Source of the DNA: an uncultured Coriobacteriia bacterium
Lineage (GTDB): Bacteria > Actinomycetota > Coriobacteriia > Anaerosomatales > CAVYJL01
NCBI GenBank assembly: GCA_963768865.1
Contig: CAVYJL010000002.1
Coordinates: 443,336 to 507,335, forward strand
DNA: 64,000 nt
Reading direction: 5' to 3'
Under the pieces are notes generated by a model, which was not told the DNA's origin, did not search any database, and was given only the letters and a program-made list of their open reading frames with translations. Positions 12,284-22,572 of the stretch are shown here, one piece after another (the first letter of the stretch is position 1; each line of letters starts with the position of its first letter). The translations under genes and the position numbers were made by a program.

Positions 12284-12941
12284 ATGCTGCCTCGTGTCAT
12301 CGTCTACGACGCCGTGAGCCTTGACGGCCGGATCGAGGGGTTCGAGCCCGACATCGGCCGGTTCTACTCGATGGCGCGCTGGGGCGAGGAGGTCATCCTC
12401 GCCGGCGCCGACACCATGCTGGCGGGCGGCGAGGCGTCAGCGGCGCCCGACGACCCGGCGAGCCCGCCCCCCGAGCCTGCGGAGCCCGCCGCGAGCGGAC
12501 CGCTCCTCGCCATCGTGGACTCGCGGGGCCGTTTCCGTTCATGGGACTGGGTTCGCGCGCAGCACGCGTTCTGGCGCGACGCGGTCGCGCTGGTGAGCGA
12601 GGGCACATCCCAGGAGTACCTCGCGCACCTCGCGTCGCGCGGGGTCTCCTCCTTCACCGCGGGCACCGGCCGCGTGCGATCTGCGCGCCGCGCTCGAGTG
12701 GCTCGCCGCCGAGCACGGCGCCCGCACCGTCCGGGTCGAATCCGGCGGCGCGCTGAACACGGCGCTGCTCAAGAGCGGTCTCGTGGCCGAGGTGGCGCTC
12801 CTCGTCCACCCGGTCGTCGCGGGCGCCGAAGCCCGCGCGTGGGTGCGCGAGGACCTCGGCAGGGAGGTGCGGTTGGAGCTTCGGGAGTGCGAGCGGTTGG
12901 ACGGGAGGTTGGTGTGGCTGCGCTACGAGGTGGCGCGATAG
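12284..12941 (+). CDS. RibD C-terminal/DHFR-like reductase; frameshift near 12676
   Basis: AVSLDGRI, ILAGADT, AIVDSRGR, then VESGGALN and WLRYEV in the shifted frame. Confidence 0.85.
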
Positions 12942-13005
12942 GGAGGGTGTCGGCCCCATCGCGTATACTCCCGAGAGCCAACGCCGAGGTAGGGAAGGAC
13001 GAGCC

Positions 13006-14778
13006 GTGAGCTTGGACGCACGCTATTCGATCCGCAGTCAGGTCTCCGGGGCGCTGCGCCCCGCGAACGTGGGCGAGACCGTCACGCTCGCCGGCTGGGT
13101 GCACCGCCGCCGCGACCACGGCGGCCTCGTGTTCCTGGACCTCCGCGACCGCACGGGGCTCGTGCAGCTCGTGTTCGACCCGGACATCGCCGGGCCGGCG
13201 TTCGCGATAGGCGAGATGGTACGTCCCGAGTGGGTGCTCAAGGTCACCGGCCGCGTGCGCCCCAGGCCGCCCGAGAACCTGAACCCCAACCTCGCCACCG
13301 GCGAGATCGAGGTGGAGGTGACCGAGGCCGAGGTGCTCAACCGCTCGGTCACGCCTCCGTTCGAGGTGGAGGCCGGGATCGACACCGACGAGCTCACGCG
13401 CCTCAAGTACCGCTACATCGACCTGCGTCGTCCCGAGGTCCTCGCGAACCTCGTGCTGCGCGACCGGCTCGCTCAGCGCTTCCGCAAGTCGCTGGAGTCG
13501 CGCGGGTTCATGGAGGTCGAGACGCCCATCCTCACCAAGTCCACGCCCGAGGGCGCGCGCGACTTCCTCGTGCCGTCGCGCATGTCCAAAGGCCAGTTCT
13601 ACGCGCTGCCGCAGGCTCCGCAGCTTTTCAAGCAGCTGCTCATGGTGGGAGGCGTGGAGCGGTACTACCAGATCGCCCGCTGCTTCCGTGACGAGGACCT
13701 GCGCGCCGACCGCCAGCCCGAGTTCACGCAGGTGGACATCGAGATGTCCTTCATGACCGGTGAGGACGTGCTCGCCCTCAACGAGGACCTCATGTCCGAG
13801 GTCTTCGCCGAGGCGGGCGTGGACCTGCCCACGCCGCTTCCACGCATGTGCTACGAGGAGGCGATGGGCCGGTTCGGCACCGACCGGCCCGACACGCGCT
13901 ACGGGATGGAGCTCGTTGACCTGTCGCAGGTCTTCGCCGGCTCCGAGTTCAAGGTGTTCGCGGGCGCGCTGGGCTCGGGCGGCGTCGTGAAGGCCATCTG
14001 CGTGACCGGCGGCGGCTCGTTCGCACGCAGCCGCATCGACGGCCTCAACCAGAGCGCGCTCGACGCCGGCGCCAAGGGCCTGGCGTGGTTCGCCGTCTCC
14101 GAGGACGGGGAGGTCCGCAGCCCCATCGCCAAGTTCCTGACCGACGACGAGGTCGCCGGCCTGCGCGAGGCGCTCTCGCTGGCGAACGGGGACCTCGCGC
14201 TTTTCGTCGCGGACGACAAGAAGGTGGCCAACGAGGTCCTCGGCACCCTGCGCGTACAGCTGGCCGAGGAGCTGGGCCTGGCCAAGGAGGGCTTCAACGC
14301 CTTGTGGGTCGTCGACTTCCCGCTGTTCACGTGGGACGAGGACGAGCAGCGGTGGGACGCCAGCCACAACCCCTTCATGCTGCCGCACGACGCCGACGTC
14401 GCCACGCTCGAGGACGATCCCGGAGCCGCTCACGGCTACTCGTACGACATGGTGATCAACGGCCTCGAGGTGGGCGGCGGCACGCTTCGAATCCACGACG
14501 CGGAGCTGCAGCGGCGCATCTTCCGGCTCATGGGCATGACCGACGACGAGGCCTCCGAGCGTTTCGGCTTCCTGCTCGAGGCGCTTGCGCACGGGGCTCC
14601 GCCGCACGGCGGCATCGCGTACGGGTTCGACCGGCTCGTCATGATCCTCGCCGGCGGGCACTCCATCCGCGACGTCATCGCGTTCCCCAAGACGAGCTCG
14701 GGCGCCTGCCCCCTTACCGGGGCTCCGGTCGCGGCTCCCGCGGCGCAACTCAAGGAGCTGGGCATCCGCGTCGATTAA
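13006..14778 (+). CDS. aspS: aspartyl-tRNA synthetase
   Basis: RRRDHGGLVFLDLRD, STPEGARDFLVP, CFRDEDLRADRQPEF, GAPPHGGIAYGFDR. Confidence 0.98.
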   Translation: MSLDARYSIRSQVSGALRPANVGETVTLAGWVHRRRDHGGLVFLDLRDRTGLVQLVFDPDIAGPAFAIGEMVRPEWVLKVTGRVRPRPPENLNPNLATGEIEVEVTEAEVLNRSVTPPFEVEAGIDTDELTRLKYRYIDLRRPEVLANLVLRDRLAQRFRKSLESRGFMEVETPILTKSTPEGARDFLVPSRMSKGQFYALPQAPQLFKQLLMVGGVERYYQIARCFRDEDLRADRQPEFTQVDIEMSFMTGEDVLALNEDLMSEVFAEAGVDLPTPLPRMCYEEAMGRFGTDRPDTRYGMELVDLSQVFAGSEFKVFAGALGSGGVVKAICVTGGGSFARSRIDGLNQSALDAGAKGLAWFAVSEDGEVRSPIAKFLTDDEVAGLREALSLANGDLALFVADDKKVANEVLGTLRVQLAEELGLAKEGFNALWVVDFPLFTWDEDEQRWDASHNPFMLPHDADVATLEDDPGAAHGYSYDMVINGLEVGGGTLRIHDAELQRRIFRLMGMTDDEASERFGFLLEALAHGAPPHGGIAYGFDRLVMILAGGHSIRDVIAFPKTSSGACPLTGAPVAAPAAQLKELGIRVD

Positions 14779-14781
14779 CCG

Positions 14782-14803
14782 GCGACGGGCGAGCGCCCGT
14801 CGC
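14782..14803 (+). terminator. GC-rich hairpin after aspS
   Basis: GCGACGGGC-GAGC-GCCCGTCGC directly after the stop; weak U-tail. Confidence 0.5.
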
Positions 14804-14819
14804 TTCGGTCGGCCCGCAG

Positions 14820-14848
14820 TTGTGCGGACCAGCCCGGGGGCATACGAT
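14820..14848 (+). promoter_or_regulatory. sigma70-type promoter of the 6S-like RNA
   Basis: TTGTGC-N17-TACGAT, ending 6 nt before the 5' arm of the RNA's closing stem. Confidence 0.65.
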
Positions 14849-14853
14849 TGAAC

Positions 14854-15033
14854 GCGACTTCGCCTTGGTGTGGTCCTGGTCATTATGTGTAGAACCAACA
14901 CTCTGTGATCGGGAGCCCAGATCTCTCGGAGAAGTGGTATCCCTCGCGGACGAGGGAAGCGCGGATACCGGGGTGCGGCACCCACCTGTCTCTAGACAGG
15001 TTCACCATGCCGGACCACACGAGGCGGGGTCGC
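14854..15033 (+). ncRNA. ssrS: 6S RNA
   Basis: ~180 nt. 5' GCGACTTCGCCTTGGTGTGGTCC pairs with 3' GGACCACACGAGGCGGGGTCGC. GGGAGC and GGCACCCACCTG are Firmicute-type 6S motifs, and the aspS...rarA synteny fits. Confidence 0.85.
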
Positions 15034-15058
15034 TCCGACGCCAACAGCCGGAGGAACA

Positions 15059-15643
15059 ATGCGCAGGATCGTCGCAGTAGTAGTCGCAGCACTAATGGTC
15101 ACATCGGTCGTGTTCCTGGGCGGGTGTGCATCCTCGCCCGAATCGAGCTCGAGCGCCCCATCGTCCGGCTCCGCGCCGGCCGCCGCGCCTCCCGCCCCTC
15201 CCAGCGCGTCCAAGACGGCTGCCGTGACGACGCTGTCCGCGCCGCCCCAGACCACGCCTCGGCCCTTCCCGACGGTGTCCGCGGTGGACACGCCCGCGGC
15301 GGTCGTAGCCGCCCTCAAAGGCAAGCACGCGTTCATCCTGGTCTTCTACGACACGCGCCAGACCGAGACCGACGACCAGAAGCGCGTCATCGCGGCCATG
15401 CAGAACAAGTACCGCGGGCTCATCGACGTCGTCACCTTCGACCTCGCGACGCTGACGTCGGCCAAGAAGGACTCGGCGGCGTACAAGGAAGCCGCGTCCG
15501 CGGTCACGCTGGGACAGAAGCTCACCATCGGCTACATGCCGGCGATCGTCATCGTGTCCAAGGACGGCCAGATCACCTGGCAGTCCAGCGGCGTGCTGGA
15601 CGAGGGCTCCCTGGAGCGCGAGATACTGCGCGCCACCCGCTAG
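15059..15643 (+). CDS. lipoprotein with thioredoxin-like fold lacking CxxC
   Basis: Signal peptide with LGGC lipobox, Ser/Pro linker, ILVFYD...YMPAIVIVSKDG(Q)I Trx-like pattern. Confidence 0.65.
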   Translation: MRRIVAVVVAALMVTSVVFLGGCASSPESSSSAPSSGSAPAAAPPAPPSASKTAAVTTLSAPPQTTPRPFPTVSAVDTPAAVVAALKGKHAFILVFYDTRQTETDDQKRVIAAMQNKYRGLIDVVTFDLATLTSAKKDSAAYKEAASAVTLGQKLTIGYMPAIVIVSKDGQITWQSSGVLDEGSLEREILRATR

Positions 15644-15655
15644 GGGCCGCGCCGC

Positions 15656-17026
15656 GTGGACGACCTGTTCTCAAGCCAGGCCGAGGCGGCATTCCGCGAC
15701 AACGCGCCTCTCGCCGCGCGGATGCGACCGCGCACGCTCGACGAGTTCGTAGGCCAGGAGGCCGTGGTCGGTCCGGGCACAGCGCTGCGCAATGCCATCG
15801 AGCGCGACGCCCTGTCGTCGCTCATCCTCTACGGCCCGGCCGGCAGCGGTAAGACGTCGCTCGCGCGCATCGTGGCAAACATGACCAAGGCGCGCTTCGA
15901 GGAGTTGTCCGCGGTGACCTCGGGCGTCGCAGACGTCCGCGCGGTCATCGATCGGGCACGCGACCGCCTCACGCTCTCGGGCGAGCGCACGATCCTGTTC
16001 ATCGACGAGATCCACCGGTTCTCCAAGTCGCAGCAGGACGCGCTCCTGCCGGCGGTCGAGGACCGGGTGATCGTCCTGGTGGGCGCCACCACCGAGAACC
16101 CGTTCTTCGAGGTGAACGCGCCCCTCATCAGCCGGTCGCGGATCGTGGAGCTAAAGCCGCTGGACGATGAGGCGGTGGCGCAGCTGCTGCAACGCGCGGT
16201 GGTCGACGAGCGCGGCCTGGCCGGCAGCGTCTCGCTCGCGCCAGAGGCGGCAAAGGCCGTCGTCACGCTCGCGGGCGGCGACGGGCGCGCGGCCCTCAAC
16301 CTGCTCGAGGAGGCGGCCGCGCTGGCTCAGCCCGCGGGCGCGGGCGCCGCGCCCGCCATCGGCATGGCGCAGGTCGAGGCGGCGTCCACGACGCGCCAGC
16401 TCAGCTACGACAAAGAGGGCGACGTCCACTACGACGTGATCTCGGCGTTCATCAAGTCCATGCGCGGCTCTGACCCCGATGCGGCCGTGTACTGGCTAGC
16501 CCGCATGGTCCACGGCGGCGAGGACCCGCGCTTCATCGCGCGCCGTATCCTCATCTTCGCTTCCGAGGACGTGGGCAACGCCGATCCGCGGGCGCTGCTC
16601 GTGGCGCACGCCGCATTCAAGGCGGCCGAGTCGGTGGGCTGGCCCGAAGCCCGCATCAACCTCGCACAGGCCGCCGTGTACATGGCCCTCGCGCCCAAGA
16701 GCAACGCCTCGTGCAAGGCCATCGACGCCGCCCTTGCCGAGGTCCGCACGGGCCCCGCCCGCGGCGTGCCCAACCACCTGCGCGACCGGCATCGTCCCGG
16801 CGCGGACGAGTACGGCCCCTACCTGTATCCGCACTCGTATCCCGGCGGCTGGGTGGATCAGCGGTACCTGCCCGAGGGATTGGAGCGCGGCGCGTTCTTC
16901 AGCGCCGGGCCTCGAGGATGGGAGGCCCAGCGCGAGGCCTCCCGCCCGGGCGGTCCCGGAGCGGCGGGCGCCGGCGGGCGGGAAGACGCCCCGGGCGCGG
17001 TGTCCGAGGACCCGCCCGGGACATAG
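15656..17026 (+). CDS. rarA: replication-associated recombination protein A (MgsA/RarA AAA+ ATPase)
   Basis: PLAARMRP, GPAGSGKT, FIDEIHRF, ATTENP, SAFIKSMRGSD. Confidence 0.97.
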   Translation: MDDLFSSQAEAAFRDNAPLAARMRPRTLDEFVGQEAVVGPGTALRNAIERDALSSLILYGPAGSGKTSLARIVANMTKARFEELSAVTSGVADVRAVIDRARDRLTLSGERTILFIDEIHRFSKSQQDALLPAVEDRVIVLVGATTENPFFEVNAPLISRSRIVELKPLDDEAVAQLLQRAVVDERGLAGSVSLAPEAAKAVVTLAGGDGRAALNLLEEAAALAQPAGAGAAPAIGMAQVEAASTTRQLSYDKEGDVHYDVISAFIKSMRGSDPDAAVYWLARMVHGGEDPRFIARRILIFASEDVGNADPRALLVAHAAFKAAESVGWPEARINLAQAAVYMALAPKSNASCKAIDAALAEVRTGPARGVPNHLRDRHRPGADEYGPYLYPHSYPGGWVDQRYLPEGLERGAFFSAGPRGWEAQREASRPGGPGAAGAGGREDAPGAVSEDPPGT

Positions 17027-17164
17027 CGGCCGCGTCCCGCGCGCCCTGCGACGGGCGTCGCGACCGCGTCGCCGCCGGAGCCGGAACCGGCACGTCCGAC
17101 CTGCGGTAGAGGACGTCGGCCTTTGTTACACTGGCGAGTGTTCGTCCACCGTCCGGAGGAATGG

Positions 17165-17578
17165 ATGACGGTCGCCATTTACGTCCTGCTCATCGTGCTC
17201 ATCGTGGTGGCTATCGGCGCACTCGGCGTGGCCATCTGGGCGCTCTTGCGCGCGGTGGACACCCTCGGCTCGATGAAGCGGCTCGCGGACGACACGGATC
17301 GAGAGCTTCTTCCGCTGGTCGCCAAGACGGACGCGACGCTGGACCTGCTCAGCGCCGAGATCATGCGCGTCGACGTCATCGTGGACCAGGTCCAGGACCT
17401 CGTTGCGACCGTTCAAGAAAAGCGTCGACAGGCCGAGGACGCGGTCGATCGCGCGGTGGACAGCACCGCCAAGGTGGGCCGGGTGATCCGTGACGTGTTC
17501 ACGTCGGCCGCCCATCGCACCACGGAATCGGCCCAGCCGCCCCAACCTGCAGCGCCCTCCGAAGGGGAGCCCCTATGA
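17165..17578 (+). CDS. DUF948/YtxG-like membrane-anchored helical protein
   Basis: GGAGGA RBS, N-terminal TM, amphipathic helices; extended -10 TGtTACACT near 17124-17132. Confidence 0.6.
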   Translation: MTVAIYVLLIVLIVVAIGALGVAIWALLRAVDTLGSMKRLADDTDRELLPLVAKTDATLDLLSAEIMRVDVIVDQVQDLVATVQEKRRQAEDAVDRAVDSTAKVGRVIRDVFTSAAHRTTESAQPPQPAAPSEGEPL

Positions 17579-17949
17579 GCGAACACGTGAGACTGACGGT
17601 GCCGGCGCGCGACGAGTTCGCGCGCACGGTGCGCATGACGGCGGCCGCGCTAGCCGGCCGCATGGGCATGTCCATCGACGACGTCGAGGACGTACGGATG
17701 GCTGTGGAAGAGGCGTTCGTCTTCGCATTGGGCAGGGTGGCCGACGGCGACCCGCTCACGTTCGACTTCGGCGTGGACGAAGACCACCTGTCGCTGGACG
17801 TCGGGCCGCTGCCCGCCTCCGACGGGGACGCGGGCGGTCCCGAGGCGCGCTACGCGCGGTTCATCCTCGAGAGCGTTTGCGACACCTTCGAACTCGCCGA
17901 GGAAGGCTCGACCTGCTCGCTGAAGCTCATCAAGAAGGCGGCCCGATGA
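17575..17949 (+). CDS. RsbW/UsfX-like anti-sigma factor (degenerate HATPase_c)
   Basis: VRLTVPA...DVEDVRMAVEEA...ILESVCD; overlaps the sigma gene start. Confidence 0.8.
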   Translation: MSEHVRLTVPARDEFARTVRMTAAALAGRMGMSIDDVEDVRMAVEEAFVFALGRVADGDPLTFDFGVDEDHLSLDVGPLPASDGDAGGPEARYARFILESVCDTFELAEEGSTCSLKLIKKAAR

Positions 17950-18755
17950 CGACCGATCCCTATCAGCCCAAGAGCCAGCGCCGCAGCTCCAGGAAGCTGT
18001 CCTGGGACAAGGCGCATACGCGCGAGCTCTTCCGACGCTATCGCGAGAACAACGACGAGGCGGCTCGTGACGAGCTCGTCACGATGTACCTCAACCTCGT
18101 GAAGTACTTGGCCCACCGCTTCCGCAACCGCGGAGAGCCCATCGACGACCTCGTGCAGGTGGGCACCATCGGCCTGATCAAGGCCATCGACCGGTTCGAC
18201 ACCGGCCGGGAGGTCGAGTTCACCACATACGCCACGCCCACCATCGTGGGCGAGCTCAAGCGGTACTTCCGCGACAAGGGCTGGGCCGTGAAGGTGCCTC
18301 GGCGCCTTCAGGAGCTGTCGTTCAAGGTGAACCAGGCGGTGGACGCGCTCACCCAGCGAGAGCAGCGCTCGCCCACGGTCATCGAGATCGCCGCGTACCT
18401 CGAGGTCACGCCCGAGGAGGTCATCGAGGCGATGGAGACCTCGGAGGCATACAACCTGGTCTCGCTGGACTCGGACCGCAACTCCGACGGCAACGACTCG
18501 TTCTCGATCCTCGAGTACATCGGTGAGGACGACCACCTCATGGCCGTCGTCGACGACCGCACCACGCTGGCCGCGGCGCTCAAGGACCTCACTCCTCAGG
18601 AGCAGCGGGTCCTCTATCTGCGCTTCTTCCAGGGTCTGACCCAAACGGAGATAGCGAAGCAGCTGGACATCTCGCAGATGCAGGTTTCCCGGCTGTTGCG
18701 CAAGACGCTGCGACTCTTGCGCGAGAACCTCGTCTCGGAAGAACCGCCGGACTAG
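17946..18755 (+). CDS. SigB/SigF/SigG-family RNA polymerase sigma factor
   Basis: DDLVQVGTIGLIKAIDRFD, FTTYATPTIVGELKRYFRDKGW, TQTEIA...ISQMQVSRL. Confidence 0.95.
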   Translation: MTTDPYQPKSQRRSSRKLSWDKAHTRELFRRYRENNDEAARDELVTMYLNLVKYLAHRFRNRGEPIDDLVQVGTIGLIKAIDRFDTGREVEFTTYATPTIVGELKRYFRDKGWAVKVPRRLQELSFKVNQAVDALTQREQRSPTVIEIAAYLEVTPEEVIEAMETSEAYNLVSLDSDRNSDGNDSFSILEYIGEDDHLMAVVDDRTTLAAALKDLTPQEQRVLYLRFFQGLTQTEIAKQLDISQMQVSRLLRKTLRLLRENLVSEEPPD

Positions 18756-18763
18756 GAGTCATC

Positions 18764-19928
18764 ATGGCCGGACCGTCGTCAGTCGAAAGCCTGGACGCGA
18801 TCCTCCACGGCGACATCGAGACCTGGCGCCGCCGAGGCGTCGTTGCATGGACGCTGATCGGGATCGTCGTGCTCGTGGGCGTCGCGGGCGCCGCGTTCTT
18901 GCACGTCGCGGACGCGTTCGTCCCGTTCGTGGTGGGTGGGCTCATCGCGTTCCTGGCCCGTCCGCTCCTGAGGCTCTTCATGAAGGCGATGCCGCGCGGG
19001 CTGGCCGTTGCCGCGGTGTTCCTGCTGGTGCTGGCGCTGGTCGCAGGGCTGGTCGCGCTGCTGCTCCCCTTGATCGCGGCACAGCTCTCGCAGTTCGTCG
19101 CGGCGGTGCCGCAGTACGTGAATCAGATCCAGGCGGCCGTGTCTCAGGTGGTGGCTCGGCTCAACCTGCTGCCGGACAGCGCCAAGAGCGTCATCGACTC
19201 GGTGCTCACCAACGCCGCCACGACGCTGCGCGACGTGGCTGCTTCCATAGGCCAGTTCCTGCTGGCGGCGGGGGGCAGCACGCTCGGCTTCGGGTTCAAC
19301 GTGTTCCTGGGCTTCATTATCGCGATCTGGTTCCTGCTCGACGGGCCCAAGATCTCCAAATGGATCCTGTGGGTGCTGCCGCCGGTGTTCCGCGACGACG
19401 CCTACCAGATAGGCCGCGCCTTCAACGACTCGTTCGGCGGGTACATCCGCGGCACGAATCATCAACGTCACCATCACCTTCGCCGGATGCGCGGTCGCGT
19501 TCAGCATCATCGGCCTCCAGTACGGCATCTTCGTGGCGATCATGATCGGCATCCTGGACGTGATCCCGTACATCGGCCCCATCATCGGCGGCATCATCGC
19601 CACGGCGATCGCGTTCCTCACCGGCGGCTGGACCATGGCGCTGCTCGTTCTGATCATCGTGCTCATCGTGGAGCAGACGGTTGACTCGGTGATCTCACCC
19701 ATCGTCATGGGGTCGGCTGTGAGCCTTCACCCGGTCGCGATCCTGCTCGCGTTGGGCCTGGGCGGCGCCCTTGCCGGCTTCTTCGGCGTGCTCATCTCGA
19801 TCCCGGCCGCAGCAGCCATCTACACCGTCTATCTGTACTATGCCGGGAGGGGTCTGGGCTCGTGGGACGAGTTCGACCCCACCGCATTCAGCGCACCCGC
19901 ATCTGAACCCGCCGAGGAGAGCTCGTGA
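18764..19928 (+). CDS. AI-2E family transporter; frameshift near 19457
   Basis: Multi-TM; WFLLDG, GGYIRG, then IPYIGP, ISPIVMG, LHPVAILL. Confidence 0.88.
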
Positions 19929-22564
19929 AGTCAGCCGATATCCGTGAGAGCTTCCTGTCCTTCTTCGAGTCCAAAGGCTGCGTGAGGCGTCCCTCGAGCT
20001 CGCTCGTGCCGGACGACCCCTCCCTGCTGCTCACGAGCGCGGGCATGGTGCAGTTCAAGCCGGTGTTCCTGGGCGTGCGCGACCTCGGCTTCACACGGGC
20101 CACGACGGTCCAGAAGTGCCTGCGCACCACGGACATCGAGATCGTCGGGCGCACGGGGCGCCACCACACGTTCTTCGAGATGCTGGGCAACTTCAGCTTC
20201 GGCGACTACTTCAAGACCGAGGCGTCCAGCTGGGCGTGGGAGTACTCGGTGGGCGTCCTGGGCCTGGACGCGGAGCGCATCTGGATCACCATCTACGAGG
20301 ACGACGACGAGGCCGAGGCCATCTGGCGCGACATCGTTGGCGTGCCGCCGGAGCGCATCGTGCGCATGGGTGCCGAGGACAACTTCTGGGCGGCCGGCCC
20401 CACGGGGCCGTGCGGCCCGTGCTCGGAGCTCTACTACGATCGCGGTGAGGGAACGGGCTGCGGCCTGGACACTTGCGCCGTCGGCTGCGACTGCGACCGT
20501 TTCGTCGAGTACTGGAACCTCGTGTTCATGCAGTACAACCGGCTCGAGGACGGCACGCTCGAGCCTCTGCCCCGCAAGAACATCGATACCGGCATGGGCC
20601 TGGAGCGGATCGCGTCCATCCTCCAGGGCACCGCGTCCAACTTCGAGACCGACATCATGTCCGAGCTCATGACGCTGGCCAGCGACATCACGGGCGTCAC
20701 GTACGGCGCGGCCGACAAGAGCGACATCTCGCTGCGCATCCTGGCCGACCACGCCCGCGCCGTGACCTTCATGATCGCGGACGGCATCCTGCCCTCCAAC
20801 GAAGGCCGCGGCTACGTCCTGCGCCGCCTCCTTCGCCGCGCCGTGCGCCACGGGCGCATGCTCGGTGTGACCGACGCCTTCCTGTGCCGCATCATCGATC
20901 GGGTCGTCGATCTCATGGGCGCCGCGTATCCCGAGATCGTGGAGCACCACGAGTTCATCGACCAGATCGTGACCGCCGAGGAGACGAGGTTCGGCACCAC
21001 GCTGCGCCAGGGCCTGATCATGCTCGACGAGGCCCTGACCGAGGTCCGCGCCAACGGCGGCAGCGAGCTGCCCGGCGAGGCGGCTTTCGCGCTGCACGAC
21101 ACGTACGGCTTCCCGCTGGAACTCACCGCAGAGATCGCTGAGGAGCAGGAGATGACCGTGGACCTGCCCGGCTTCGAGGCCGAGATGCAGGCCCAGCGGG
21201 AACGCGGCCGGGCGGCCGTCAAGGACGAGAGCTGGGCCATGGCGGGCGCGGCGTTCGCCGACTTCGGGGCCGCCGCCGGCACAACCGAGTTCCTGGGCTA
21301 CACCGTCGACGAAGAGGACGGCCACGTCCTGGGCATCGTCTTCGACGGCCACTCCGTGGACGCCCTCGAGCCCGGCGTGCCTGCCGAGGTCGTCCTAGAC
21401 CGCACGCCGTTCTACGGGGAGCAGGGCGGTCAGGTGGGCGACACGGGCACCCTCACGCTTCCCGACGGCTCGGTCTTCGAGGTCACGGACACGCGCATCC
21501 CGGTACCGGGCGTCACGGCGCACCTCGGCCAGCTCACGGGCGGCGGGCTCGCCGTCGGGGCCAAGGTGCACGCCGCGATCGACGTGCCCCGGCGCGAGCG
21601 CATCCGGCGCAACCACACCGCCACCCACATCCTGCACTGGGCGCTGCGCCTGGTCCTCGGCGAGCACGTGAAGCAGTCCGGCTCGCTCGTGGCGCCCGAC
21701 CGCTTCCGCTTCGACTTCACGCACTTCCAGGCGATGACGCGCGAGGAGCTGGACCGCGTCGAGGCGCTCGCCAACGCCAAGATCATGGAGAACCATCCGG
21801 CGCGCGCCTACGAGACGTCCCTCACGGCCGCCCGCGAGAGCGGCGTGACGGCGCTGTTCGGCGAGAAGTACGGCGACGTCGTGCGCGTGCTGGAGATCGG
21901 CAACTTCTCCAAGGAGCTGTGCGGCGGCACGCACGTGGCCCGCACCAGCGAGATCAACCTGCTCAAGATCGTGTCCGAGGGCTCGGTGGGCGCCAACCTG
22001 CGCCGCATCGAGGCGGTCACGAGCTTCGACGCCCTCTCGTACATCCGTGCCGAGGAGGTGGAGCTGCGCGCGGCGGCCGAGACCCTGAAGGTGCCGCCGG
22101 TCGACGTGTCCGAGCGTGTGTCCGCGCTGGCCAAGCAGGTCAGAGAGCTGCAGACGAGCACGGCCCGCGCCGTGGAGATCATCTCCGATCATCAGATCGG
22201 GGAGCTCGTGGCGGCCGCGCGGGACCGCGACGGCTACAAGCTGCTCGTCGCCGCGGTGCCCGCCATGCGGGCCCCCGGGCTGCGCGAGGCCTGGGACATC
22301 CTGCGCGCCCGGCTGGGAGGCGAGGCCGGTGTGGTGCTCGTGGCGCCCAACGCGGACTCGGAGGGCGCAGTGCTGCTGCTCGCCGCCGGCACGGACGCGG
22401 CGGTGGCGGGAGGGTTCGACGCCGGCGCGCTGATCCGCGAGATCGCGCCCAAGGTGGGCGGCAAAGGCGGGGGGAAGCCCTCGATGGCGCAGGCCGGCGG
22501 CAAGGACGCTTCGGGCATCGAGGCGGCGCTCGCCGGCGCTCGCGAGATGCTCGGCCTCGGCTAG
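19925..22564 (+). CDS. alaS: alanyl-tRNA synthetase
   Basis: SAGMVQFKP, HHTFFEMLGNFSFGDYFK, GPCGPCSE, NHTATHILH, ELCGGTHV, GKGGGK. Confidence 0.99.
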   Translation: MKSADIRESFLSFFESKGCVRRPSSSLVPDDPSLLLTSAGMVQFKPVFLGVRDLGFTRATTVQKCLRTTDIEIVGRTGRHHTFFEMLGNFSFGDYFKTEASSWAWEYSVGVLGLDAERIWITIYEDDDEAEAIWRDIVGVPPERIVRMGAEDNFWAAGPTGPCGPCSELYYDRGEGTGCGLDTCAVGCDCDRFVEYWNLVFMQYNRLEDGTLEPLPRKNIDTGMGLERIASILQGTASNFETDIMSELMTLASDITGVTYGAADKSDISLRILADHARAVTFMIADGILPSNEGRGYVLRRLLRRAVRHGRMLGVTDAFLCRIIDRVVDLMGAAYPEIVEHHEFIDQIVTAEETRFGTTLRQGLIMLDEALTEVRANGGSELPGEAAFALHDTYGFPLELTAEIAEEQEMTVDLPGFEAEMQAQRERGRAAVKDESWAMAGAAFADFGAAAGTTEFLGYTVDEEDGHVLGIVFDGHSVDALEPGVPAEVVLDRTPFYGEQGGQVGDTGTLTLPDGSVFEVTDTRIPVPGVTAHLGQLTGGGLAVGAKVHAAIDVPRRERIRRNHTATHILHWALRLVLGEHVKQSGSLVAPDRFRFDFTHFQAMTREELDRVEALANAKIMENHPARAYETSLTAARESGVTALFGEKYGDVVRVLEIGNFSKELCGGTHVARTSEINLLKIVSEGSVGANLRRIEAVTSFDALSYIRAEEVELRAAAETLKVPPVDVSERVSALAKQVRELQTSTARAVEIISDHQIGELVAAARDRDGYKLLVAAVPAMRAPGLREAWDILRARLGGEAGVVLVAPNADSEGAVLLLAAGTDAAVAGGFDAGALIREIAPKVGGKGGGKPSMAQAGGKDASGIEAALAGAREMLGLG

Positions 22565-22572
22565 ACGACCTC

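Noticed and set aside
10856-13005. T-box leaders before hisS or aspS
   Set aside because: The intergenic gaps are too short and no T-box consensus was seen.
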